30,705 nucleotides of DNA from a virus (Duplodnaviria > Caudoviricetes), in IMG/VR virus record IMGVR_UViG_3300030433_003270, positions 1-30,705 of that record; one strand, written 5' to 3'. The notes below the pieces were generated by a model that made no database searches, was not told the origin of the DNA, and was given only the letters and a program-made list of their open reading frames with translations. The position numbers and the translations under genes are program-made. Below are positions 14,929-23,116 of the stretch, one piece after another; position 1 is the first letter of the stretch; every line of letters begins with the position of its first letter.

Positions 14929-15744
14929 ATGGCATCTTACAAAGCTGAAGCCGGTGCTATTCTCCAGCCCGGTAATCAAATCTCTCGCCTGTCCTCCTAT
15001 AACACCGAAGGTGTTTATGGTCTGCCCGGCGTGGAAGCTTATGAGCTGATCGGCTACGTTAAAATCAATAACGCAGCTGCCGATAAAGCTGACTACAAGA
15101 GCTTCAACATCACCATCCCTTCTCCCGACCGCCGTCCTGATGACCGCGTTCGTGATGATCGGACTTCCATGGTTGTCCAAGCCTCTGCTGCTCGCCCTGG
15201 TTACATCTACGGCGCGTCTCTGGCCCTTGCTCAGGACATCCCTGCAGGCGGTCTTGCAACCTACCCCGCTTCCCCTGTCACCTGTGACCTGGCTGGCACC
15301 AACACCGAGGTGCTGCTCCTGGGTCCCGACAACAGCGGCAACCCTCTGGGTATTCCTAGCACTCAGCTGAACGGCCTCGCCGCAGCTAGCGCTAGCCTGA
15401 CCATTGGTGCTTCGGGCATCGCCCAGGGTACCAGCGACACCACCGCTGCTGACCTGCCCTTCTGGACTGGCGTGACCTCCACCATTGCAGCTGGCGACGC
15501 CGCCAACTCGATGATGTACAAGGTGACTGCTGACACCACCATGAAGGTGTACAACCTCAACGCTGTTGCTAACACCACCATCACTGGTGACGGTGTGAAC
15601 ATCAGCGCTGATGACATCACCGCTGGCAAGGCTGCTTACCTGGTCTGCCGCGTCAACTACCTGCGTCCCGCTGCAGCTGCTAGCTGGAACGACATCCAGG
15701 GCCTGGTTGACTTCGCTTCTCAGCTCGGCGGAAGCGACTCCTGA
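14929..15744 (+). CDS. Highly expressed virion protein, probable capsid decoration protein
   Basis: AAGGAGGT RBS, MCP-like codon bias, beta-rich Ala/Thr/Gly composition, and located between the MCP and its terminator. Confidence 0.6.
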   Translation: MASYKAEAGAILQPGNQISRLSSYNTEGVYGLPGVEAYELIGYVKINNAAADKADYKSFNITIPSPDRRPDDRVRDDRTSMVVQASAARPGYIYGASLALAQDIPAGGLATYPASPVTCDLAGTNTEVLLLGPDNSGNPLGIPSTQLNGLAAASASLTIGASGIAQGTSDTTAADLPFWTGVTSTIAAGDAANSMMYKVTADTTMKVYNLNAVANTTITGDGVNISADDITAGKAAYLVCRVNYLRPAAAASWNDIQGLVDFASQLGGSDS

Positions 15745-15767
15745 TTCTTTAATCAGATACGTATATG

Positions 15768-15792
15768 GCGGGTCCTTGAGGCCCGCTTTTTT
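15768..15792 (+). terminator. Rho-independent terminator
   Basis: GCGGGTC-CTTGA-GGCCCGC followed by TTTTTT. Confidence 0.85.
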
Positions 15793-15843
15793 ATTGCTAC
15801 GAAAGTTAATTTTGTTATGCTATAGCTGTGAACTAACGTCTTT

Positions 15844-16284
15844 ATGCTGTACCAAAACAAAGTAACTGGTGGACTTGTCGAAGTCATCTCACAGCACGGT
15901 GAGGGCATCAAGATGTGTCTCGATGCTAACGAAGAAGTCCTGTACCTCAATGACGAGGATTTAGTGCCCCATTTGGAGGCGACGACCCAGCAGATTAAGG
16001 ATGAAGAGAGATTGACTGAATCTCTTGCATCTGAAGGTGTCCGTCCTGCGAAACCCACCAAAAAAGAGACATTCCCTGTTGACACACGGGTAAATCTGAA
16101 CCTTGCATCAGCTCGTCAAATCGCTGATTCTTTACCTGGTGTAGGACTTAAAACTGCACGAGATATCAAGGACTTGCAGCTGTCACTCCCTGGCGAACGC
16201 TTCTCTCGTCTTGAGCAACTCAAGAGCATTAAGCGTGTTGACTGGGATGAGATCTTCAAAGAGAATCTCGTGCGCGTAGAGTAA
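15844..16284 (+). CDS. Helix-hairpin-helix (ComEA-like) DNA-binding protein
   Basis: RVNLNLASARQIADSLPGVGLKTARDI...FSRLEQLKSIKRV fits the ComEA/HHH_3 pattern. Confidence 0.8.
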   Translation: MLYQNKVTGGLVEVISQHGEGIKMCLDANEEVLYLNDEDLVPHLEATTQQIKDEERLTESLASEGVRPAKPTKKETFPVDTRVNLNLASARQIADSLPGVGLKTARDIKDLQLSLPGERFSRLEQLKSIKRVDWDEIFKENLVRVE

Positions 16285-16348
16285 TTATTGGCGCGTGTTA
16301 GTCTGTTATTGGTGCATAAAATTCTGCACAATAGCAGTGGTCTGGTAA

Positions 16349-16828
16349 ATGCAGCTAGATAGTTTCATACAATCAAAGGTACGTTGGCACCTCGGTTACA
16401 ACTTAACCTCAATCCCTGCTGGTGACTTAGCGCGATTGCAAGAGGCATTAGATAATGTCCAGGACTCTTTCTGGGTCAGCAAGATTGTCGAGCAGGTGAA
16501 TCGTTGCGACGAGGCTGAGAAACGTACTGATATGACCGGGACCATGAATAATTCAACGGTCCCTCGCGGTCGTATTGAGTCAATTGCGGGTGACGTTGAC
16601 CGTACAATTGCAACCACGGACTTCAAGGAAACACTGAAAACGTGGACACAGATATACTTGTACGAAACAGATAGATTAGCGTTGCATTTATATGTACCGA
16701 ATTATCGCAATCCTGAGCAAGCTCGGTACCGCTTCAATAGGGAAGGGGCTGAATTCATTCAGGCTTTACCTGGGCCTGCTGATGTTGCTGTTGGCACCCG
16801 CATTTATTTCGAAACCAATTTCCGCTGA
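16349..16828 (+). CDS. Putative head-tail adaptor/head completion protein
   Basis: 159 aa helical protein (KVRWHLGY...) in the usual post-capsid position. Confidence 0.5.
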   Translation: MQLDSFIQSKVRWHLGYNLTSIPAGDLARLQEALDNVQDSFWVSKIVEQVNRCDEAEKRTDMTGTMNNSTVPRGRIESIAGDVDRTIATTDFKETLKTWTQIYLYETDRLALHLYVPNYRNPEQARYRFNREGAEFIQALPGPADVAVGTRIYFETNFR

Positions 16829-16832
16829 GATA

Positions 16833-17525
16833 ATGTCAAATCGTCTTGATTTATATAAGTCCGCATTAAAGGATCCTAGAGTCAGAGCACTTCTGGATAC
16901 GATTAGTTACGCAGAGGGCACAAGTGGCCCCGAAGGATACCGCACGATGTTCACAGGTAAGAAGTTTGACACTTCTCAAGGCTGGCGACATCCAGATACT
17001 GTAATGAGAGGTGGAGGTTACTCAAGCTCGGCTGCAGGACGTTATCAAATGTTGACGCCCACATATCAAATGGCAGCGAAAGCGACGGGCACCTCTGGTT
17101 TTTCTCCAGCTGAGCAAGACTTGCAGGCTGTATTTTTGATAGATAATAGACAAGCATTAGATCCATTACTTAAAGGAGGAAATATCTCCTCCGTGATCAA
17201 TCAACTTGCACCAGAATGGGCATCACTTCCTACGAGTGAAGGCAAAAGTGCTTACGATCAACCTGTGAAGTCAATCAATGAATTAGAAAAATATTATCAG
17301 AGTAGGTTGGAGGGGAGCCCTGTTACGAATACAACTACTCCTCTAAACGTCCTTGCACTTAAGGATGGCGTGCAGGGCGTATTAGATAAAAACTCAGGTG
17401 TTTTTACTGCAAGAGATTTTACTGACGAAGAAGCAAGCAGGTATAAGCGATATGGTGGTGAAATCCCTTCAAAGAACCCAATTGAATTCGCGAAGGACTT
17501 TGCCAAGAGCTATTTCTTACGATGA
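16833..17525 (+). CDS. Lambda-R-type lysozyme/lytic transglycosylase with C-terminal extension
   Basis: RALLDTISYAEGT (catalytic Glu), SSAAGRYQML, FSPAEQD and EWASLP. The real start is most likely ATG 16833, not the track's 16692. Confidence 0.9.
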   Translation: MSNRLDLYKSALKDPRVRALLDTISYAEGTSGPEGYRTMFTGKKFDTSQGWRHPDTVMRGGGYSSSAAGRYQMLTPTYQMAAKATGTSGFSPAEQDLQAVFLIDNRQALDPLLKGGNISSVINQLAPEWASLPTSEGKSAYDQPVKSINELEKYYQSRLEGSPVTNTTTPLNVLALKDGVQGVLDKNSGVFTARDFTDEEASRYKRYGGEIPSKNPIEFAKDFAKSYFLR

Positions 17526-17821
17526 GATTTGCTCAAGTCCCTGGCTATAGCAAAGCATTTCCTGTCACCTACAGGAATATGTATAACGACTATTCAATGG
17601 TGAGTGCTGGGTTGAGCGACCCCTTTCAACCTAGCAAGAAAGAGAAGCACACTCCGTGCAATTTTGTTGTCTCCTACACAGGTGAAAACGATCCTCGCTT
17701 CCAGTTAAATAATCCTGCTTACATGCGTGAGGTCACTAGGTCTTATGCAGACAACATCCCTCAAGTCGTCCTAAACAAAAAACCGGTGCAAGCGACATGG
17801 TCAAACCAACCACAGAACTAG
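17522..17821 (+). CDS. Hypothetical protein (99 aa)
   Basis: ATGA overlap with the lysozyme gene. Confidence 0.7.
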   Translation: MRFAQVPGYSKAFPVTYRNMYNDYSMVSAGLSDPFQPSKKEKHTPCNFVVSYTGENDPRFQLNNPAYMREVTRSYADNIPQVVLNKKPVQATWSNQPQN

Positions 17822-18030
17822 GTTATATGTATGGCATTCGTAGGAATGCAGTACCAAGAGAGCGTTCTGGACCAAGTAACGCGGGTAAATTTTTTTATGG
17901 GCAAAGAGGACGTATGGCTGGAGAAAGACTTCAGTTAGACTTATTACAACCCGAAGAACTTCCTAGTCCTTACACTAAAGGCAATCGACTCGCAAAGAGA
18001 TTCCAAGACTTTAGTGATTCTTTGATCTAA
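17797..18030 (+). CDS. Hypothetical protein (77 aa)
   Basis: ORF track; continues the gene tiling. Confidence 0.6.
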   Translation: MVKPTTELGYMYGIRRNAVPRERSGPSNAGKFFYGQRGRMAGERLQLDLLQPEELPSPYTKGNRLAKRFQDFSDSLI

Positions 18031-18035
18031 TTATC

Positions 18036-18185
18036 ATGGCTGACAAAAAAATGCCCCCCGAGCTTCTTGCTCACTTTAAGAAAAAAGGTGAAGGCAAGGA
18101 AGACCATAAAAAGTCTGACAAAGATAAGCGTAAAGAAGCCCTTGAAAAGGCCAAGGGTCGCATGAAAGAAAAGAAAAAGGGTTAA
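18036..18185 (+). CDS. Small Lys-rich protein (49 aa)
   Basis: Not in the track. MADKKMPPELLAHFKKKGEGKEDHKKSDKDKRKEALEKAKGRMKEKKKG fills the gap exactly. Confidence 0.75.
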   Translation: MADKKMPPELLAHFKKKGEGKEDHKKSDKDKRKEALEKAKGRMKEKKKG

Positions 18186-18229
18186 TCCTATACCGCTATA
18201 ATACAGTTAACGTAACCCGCTGAATAAAC

Positions 18230-19018
18230 GTGTCGAGCAGTAGTTCTAATAAGCAGCCGATGATGATCGATCGGCCAGCGACGACATCGACTTTGTTAAC
18301 TGTAGCCTCGGGCCAGGACTTTTTAACGAGTCTGGTCCCTACTGCAGTTGGTAACGCTACCAAGGTGTTTGATGTCGACTCTGCTGCCACGGACACATCG
18401 ATCTCTGGTGCATATATTGACGAGATTTTCCTACAGTACACAAAACGTGTAATTGAGAAGATCGATGCGAAGAGTGCGGTAGCCGGCACCTATTCCGCGA
18501 ACGGCACATCGATTACGGTGACCATTACTGCTGGTCACAATGTGCAGGTAGGTCAAAAAGTTTTCTTAGACATCACTACCCGTAGCTCGGGTAATGATCC
18601 TATTGACCAGGAAGCAACAGTCACAGCGGTCACACCAACGACTTTCGTTGCGACCATTGGTTCGATCAGCGGCACCATTACAGGCAATGTCAGCTGCTTC
18701 TTGCCAATCGATATTTGCTTCTACCTTGTGAACGTTGGTACTGTCAGCAACACCAACCAGTTCTTCCCTCTTTTTGTCGCCAGTATTCCTGCGACTTACG
18801 AGAACACCAATTACAGCCTGACTGTAAATGAAGTGCTCCCTCTAATCAACCACCCTGTCGTTCAGGCTGGTGCAAACTTCACAGGAGCCAACAGTAAGGT
18901 GTCTCCTAAGCTCCGTGGCTTAATGCTAAATCGCGGCCAAGCTCTCTACGCAGCTGCTAGCGGCGCATCTGCTCTTACAAATGGCTTCTATGTTGGCGTC
19001 CAGGGCGGATACTATTGA
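18230..19018 (+). CDS. Tail/structural protein with one FCCH-like beta-barrel repeat
   Basis: GTG start with TATAAT at 18197-18202. The motif GTYS...ITVT...GHNV..GQKVFL is shared with the next gene. Confidence 0.7.
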   Translation: MSSSSSNKQPMMIDRPATTSTLLTVASGQDFLTSLVPTAVGNATKVFDVDSAATDTSISGAYIDEIFLQYTKRVIEKIDAKSAVAGTYSANGTSITVTITAGHNVQVGQKVFLDITTRSSGNDPIDQEATVTAVTPTTFVATIGSISGTITGNVSCFLPIDICFYLVNVGTVSNTNQFFPLFVASIPATYENTNYSLTVNEVLPLINHPVVQAGANFTGANSKVSPKLRGLMLNRGQALYAAASGASALTNGFYVGVQGGYY

Positions 19019-19027
19019 TTTTTAGTC

Positions 19028-21328
19028 ATGCCATTCGAAGTAAGCGGGTTCGGGAACTCTTCGAATGGTGGATTTGACTCCAAATTCACAAAAAAATTTG
19101 ATAAGTTAACGGATTTTGGTTCTAAAAAACCGAAACCTTTTGTGCCACGCGCTTTTAATTTTGAACCTGCTGATTCAGAAAGCGATAGTGAGACAAAGTT
19201 TTATAACCGAGACGCGCTTTGGAACCGCTGGCGTCGTGGCTATGATCTTTACAGCATTACACAGACATATTTAGGTTCTAATTCCAAGGAAAGGAATACA
19301 AGAGGTGACTTTAGGATGTACTGCTCATTCCAGCAGTTTCCTGGGGTTTTTATTCCCGCAAGGATTTTCACATTTCCGAGCAGCAGCACTGAAATTGATG
19401 AACAAGTTGTTGCGATCAGAGATACAGACAGCTTTAACTGTTACGAGTTTGGCTTGCCTATTGAACAGGTCAGGTATTTAGGACCAGTTGTAGAGGGTAC
19501 CTACAGTCAATCAGGGACGACTTTAACAATTACAAAGTCAGAACATGGTTTTTTGGCCAATGAGAATATTTCTTTAGTGGTAGAGACCGGATCGGCGGTA
19601 AGTGAGACATCGACAATCAGCTCTGTCACACAAAATACTATTACTTGTACTGCATCCACGAGTCTTTCCACCAGCGGCAATCTAGATTTCAGGCTGTCGA
19701 CGACCTTCAGTGACCTCCGCTGGACACAAATGCGTGTAAAAGTACGCTTTATTCCTCCTACAGGTAATTTTTTGAAAGACGAGAGGATGACGGATAGGGT
19801 CATCGAGCGTGATCCAGGTTTAGATGCTACATATACACAGTCGACGACTACGATTACTGTGACCTGTTCTCAGGACCACGGTCTTAGTACAGGAAATAAG
19901 GTGTTTTTAGAGGTGTCTACAGGTTCAGCTGTAACGAATTTGTACGATGTGACTGTTATTAACGCAACACGATTTACAGTTACGTCTCTGACCAGCGCTA
20001 CAACTTCTGGTAATGCCAAAGTATTCAGACGTATAAGGGGTTTTGATTACAACGACTATGTCGGGTACACCTGTACAGGTATCGACGCACAAAATGAAGA
20101 GATTTTATTTCAACGTGCTGATAGCTACGCCACAAAAATTGTTAATGATCGTCCAACTACAATCACTCCTGCTCATCGCGGATTTACAGTCGGACGTTTT
20201 CTTTCCACTGAGATTCGTTATCAGTGCAGTTGCTCCGATTTTTTGCGTCGCGAAAGATTTAATCTATACAAAGAGGCAACGAGACGTCAATTTCCGTCAA
20301 CAACTATCAGTAATGTAAAGCCTGGCCAGAGACAGGATCGTGATGGCAATGTAATTAACACGAGAGACGACGTAGGTGTCTACAGCGACTTCGGATATGT
20401 TGCCGTCAATAACTTTTACAACCTACCTAAATACGAGGACAGTACTGAATTTTCTTATCCGAATCTTTTGTACTATCAGGCACGTTGGTGTAAGCACATT
20501 TATGCTGCGATGTGGTCGGTAGTACATGATGAAGGTAATAACCCAATCGATATCACAGCAAGCTACACACAGAATGGACCAGTAATCACCGTATCGGCTG
20601 TGAATCATGGGTTGACTGTGAACACACGTGTTCGGTTTGAAATAACCAGCGGCAATGTACTCGATGGTGAGTACACAGTGTCATCTGTACCTGATGCAAA
20701 CACCTTCACTGTTATTTATCCTTTCTCACAGACTGCAATTCTCGGCTATTGCGTGGTTAGAAGCCTGAAAAAGCACGAATATGTAGGCGCTTGGCTACGG
20801 GAGCCTAGTGATCAGCCTCTGGGCATTGCTTTAGAGCGTTTCTACGACAATTTAGAGAAAGAAAATAGCCGAGTAAGGGAATCAGCGGAGCGTTTATCGA
20901 CATACGGCTACGGTTTACCGTGGAGTGGTGCCAAAGAGGTGATTGGTAACCGAAACCAGCCTGAAATTGTAGGTAATTTCAATGACAACATCGTGAGCAT
21001 GCTCGTTACGGACAGTATTAGGCGAGATCAAGGAGACAACGTCAATAGAGACGGTATTACAAAGAATTCCACCACTAATTTGCTTCTTATGATGCAAAAG
21101 GTCTTCAATATTGACGTCGATCTTGTGCAAGACACCAAGATGGGTATGTTGGACCAACCTTTGACCGAATATACGGCCGAGTTCCAGTTTGGAGAGGTCG
21201 AAGGAGGTCGTTACATTAGTGGTGAATTGGTTGACGAGGGCACTCAGAGTACACTGGACTGTAAAACGTACGACCCAGTAGTCGAGCAAGTCATTTTTGT
21301 TGATTCTGGTCTTTACATCAATACTTAG
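19028..21328 (+). CDS. Large tail-associated protein with three FCCH-like repeats and a split SWIM-type zinc finger
   Basis: Three (T/S)Y(S/T)Q...IT(I/V)...HG(F/L) repeats, plus YQCSCSDF...WCKHIYAAM. Confidence 0.7.
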   Translation: MPFEVSGFGNSSNGGFDSKFTKKFDKLTDFGSKKPKPFVPRAFNFEPADSESDSETKFYNRDALWNRWRRGYDLYSITQTYLGSNSKERNTRGDFRMYCSFQQFPGVFIPARIFTFPSSSTEIDEQVVAIRDTDSFNCYEFGLPIEQVRYLGPVVEGTYSQSGTTLTITKSEHGFLANENISLVVETGSAVSETSTISSVTQNTITCTASTSLSTSGNLDFRLSTTFSDLRWTQMRVKVRFIPPTGNFLKDERMTDRVIERDPGLDATYTQSTTTITVTCSQDHGLSTGNKVFLEVSTGSAVTNLYDVTVINATRFTVTSLTSATTSGNAKVFRRIRGFDYNDYVGYTCTGIDAQNEEILFQRADSYATKIVNDRPTTITPAHRGFTVGRFLSTEIRYQCSCSDFLRRERFNLYKEATRRQFPSTTISNVKPGQRQDRDGNVINTRDDVGVYSDFGYVAVNNFYNLPKYEDSTEFSYPNLLYYQARWCKHIYAAMWSVVHDEGNNPIDITASYTQNGPVITVSAVNHGLTVNTRVRFEITSGNVLDGEYTVSSVPDANTFTVIYPFSQTAILGYCVVRSLKKHEYVGAWLREPSDQPLGIALERFYDNLEKENSRVRESAERLSTYGYGLPWSGAKEVIGNRNQPEIVGNFNDNIVSMLVTDSIRRDQGDNVNRDGITKNSTTNLLLMMQKVFNIDVDLVQDTKMGMLDQPLTEYTAEFQFGEVEGGRYISGELVDEGTQSTLDCKTYDPVVEQVIFVDSGLYINT

Positions 21329-21330
21329 TC

Positions 21331-21756
21331 ATGTCAATTCAGATTCTTAGCCGTCGCTCTAGCGTTTTGCATGATCGTCCCAATCCCTTGCGGATTGGCG
21401 CTGGTGAACTGTGCGTTAACACTAATCCGAATGATCCAGGCCTATATTTTGCCGATAGCACTGCTTCACCATCAACAGGCTTGATAAAAGCTGGCCCCAC
21501 TTTCGTTGGATCGGCTGCGCCGAACACACCTGCCGCTGGTTTTGCAACGTCCAGCAAAGGGGAGTCTTGGTTAGACACTGCGAGCACTCATATTTTAAAA
21601 ATACATGACGGAACAAATTTTCAGACTGTGAAAGCAGTCGCTTCAAACAGTGCAGGAAAACCAAGCAATCCTGTGGATGGACAGCTGCATTACGATAAAA
21701 CTGCCGCAGATTTATTTATGTACGACGCTACTGGCGGCAACTGGATAGCAGTTTAG
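21331..21756 (+). CDS. Short tail-fibre adaptor/hinge-like protein
   Basis: IQILSRRSS...RP...GELCVN...PGLYF and the GESWLDT / GQLHYD repeats are typical of fibre N-termini. Confidence 0.65.
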   Translation: MSIQILSRRSSVLHDRPNPLRIGAGELCVNTNPNDPGLYFADSTASPSTGLIKAGPTFVGSAAPNTPAAGFATSSKGESWLDTASTHILKIHDGTNFQTVKAVASNSAGKPSNPVDGQLHYDKTAADLFMYDATGGNWIAV

Positions 21757-21995
21757 TGGCTTATCAAATGATCTAAGATTCTGTCTAGTTTTGAATGCAC
21801 TGATTCCATTTCTCTTAGGAAGTCTTCTTTCAAGACGTAATTATCAGTGACTCGATCCTGAAGATCATCAAAATCATCTTCAAGGCGTTCAAAACGACGT
21901 TCCAATTTAGTGTTAAAGGAGCTTAGAGCGCGTGATAAACCAGTGAAGGCGCCGATACCACCCGTTATTACAGCAGTGATCATCTCAGGCGTCAC
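21753..21995 (-). CDS. Small TM plus coiled-coil protein (holin/XhlA-like topology)
   Basis: N-terminal hydrophobic helix followed by heptads, YVLKEDF and KLDRIL. It fills the gap and has its own TAGAAT box (22019-22024, minus strand). Confidence 0.7.
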   Translation of the reverse strand: MTPEMITAVITGGIGAFTGLSRALSSFNTKLERRFERLEDDFDDLQDRVTDNYVLKEDFLREMESVHSKLDRILDHLISH

Positions 21996-22067
21996 GTTGC
22001 CTACAAATCTATCTTTCTATTCTAAGGGATTTAACAAATTAGAATGATGATACGAGTTTAAAACTAT

Positions 22068-22595
22068 ATGGCAACGGGATACGAGCCCAATATTGAGGGT
22101 GCTTTAACAGTACTCGTTGATCTAATGAATGCAAACGCATTCACAATGACTCGTCAGCCTTATGAGCCTAATTATAGAGGCCTGGTTGATGCTCTGATTG
22201 ACCTTAAAGAAGGCTTTCCTGTCTTTTCTCCTGAGCGGGTTGGCTTTGACGTTACAACTTTCGAAGATGTCGGTGATGGAGACGCGCTGTATCTGAGAGC
22301 AAGCGATGGTAAAGCAGGTAAAGCAGTAGCGAACGGTACTTTAGATCAAGCAACGGTGATCGGTTTTGCAGATACTGCTGCCTCTTCAGGTAATTCAGTT
22401 AAATGCCTTGTAGCAGGCGTGCTTGATTATCCGTCTACTATTGACCCTGGCGATGTCCATTTTCTTCACACAACCGCAGGTGCCATAAGCACTACAGCAC
22501 CCTCTGGATCTGGTCAGTACGTAGTGAGGGTCGGTGAAGGTGCCACCACTAGCGAACTGAGCATTCAGATTGAACCTCCTATACTGCTTGCCTAA
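22068..22595 (+). CDS. Structural protein, paralog A (capsid-cement/DUF2190-like C-domain, tentative)
   Basis: FEDVGDGDALYLRASDGKAGKA...IGFA...VAG...GEG; clear similarity to the next gene. Confidence 0.65.
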   Translation: MATGYEPNIEGALTVLVDLMNANAFTMTRQPYEPNYRGLVDALIDLKEGFPVFSPERVGFDVTTFEDVGDGDALYLRASDGKAGKAVANGTLDQATVIGFADTAASSGNSVKCLVAGVLDYPSTIDPGDVHFLHTTAGAISTTAPSGSGQYVVRVGEGATTSELSIQIEPPILLA

Positions 22596-23047
22596 TGAGT
22601 ACTAATTACGAGCCGTATTCACAGAATACAAAAGGACTGAAAGAGGTATTAATCGACTTAAAAGATACATTGTCTGGCAGGACAGTATATTCTGTCGCTG
22701 GATTTGGTGCGGTGGCATTTGAAGATGTATCACAAGGTGATGCAGTTTATGCACGTTCGAGTGATGGACAAGTCGGAAAAGCTACCAACAATGGCACGCT
22801 CGATCAAGCTACTTGTGTAGGTTTTGTTCAAACGTCGAAATCAGCTGGACAGGAGGCACGTATTCTGATTGTAGGGATATTGGCTAAAAGTAGTCTTGAT
22901 GCTGGCGATACTCACTTTTTAGGAGTAAATGGCGGCATTACAGCGACACCGCCAACAGGGCCAAATAAATATCTAGTACGCCTTGGTGAGGCAATTGACA
23001 CTACCAACCTAGCAATCCATGTCGAGCCTCCCATCCTCTTAACTTAA
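22595..23047 (+). CDS. Structural protein, paralog B
   Basis: FEDVSQGDAVYARSSDGQVGKATNNGTLDQAT...EPPILL; TAATG coupling to paralog A. Confidence 0.65.
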   Translation: MSTNYEPYSQNTKGLKEVLIDLKDTLSGRTVYSVAGFGAVAFEDVSQGDAVYARSSDGQVGKATNNGTLDQATCVGFVQTSKSAGQEARILIVGILAKSSLDAGDTHFLGVNGGITATPPTGPNKYLVRLGEAIDTTNLAIHVEPPILLT

Positions 23048-23116
23048 ATACGTGCGATAGGATGGTTCAATAGACAGTTTAATTACGAAGGTTTTTAAAC
23101 TGAAAGGGAATTACAA

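Noticed and set aside
14895-14930. Capsid read-through or frameshift extension as in T7 gp10B
   Set aside because: The MCP ends in tandem TGA TAA with no slippery sequence, and the next gene has its own strong RBS.
15844-16284. PsbU-like photosynthesis auxiliary gene
   Set aside because: It shares only the HhH-type pattern. There is no signal peptide, and the LPGVG hairpin fits ComEA-type DNA binders better.
16692-16832. Signal-peptide/SAR-like N-terminal extension of the lysozyme (LYLGLLMLLLAPAFI) in the track
   Set aside because: It depends on a non-ATG start deep inside the adaptor gene, whereas ATG 16833 sits 4 nt after the adaptor stop. Probably an off-frame artefact, though not strictly excluded.
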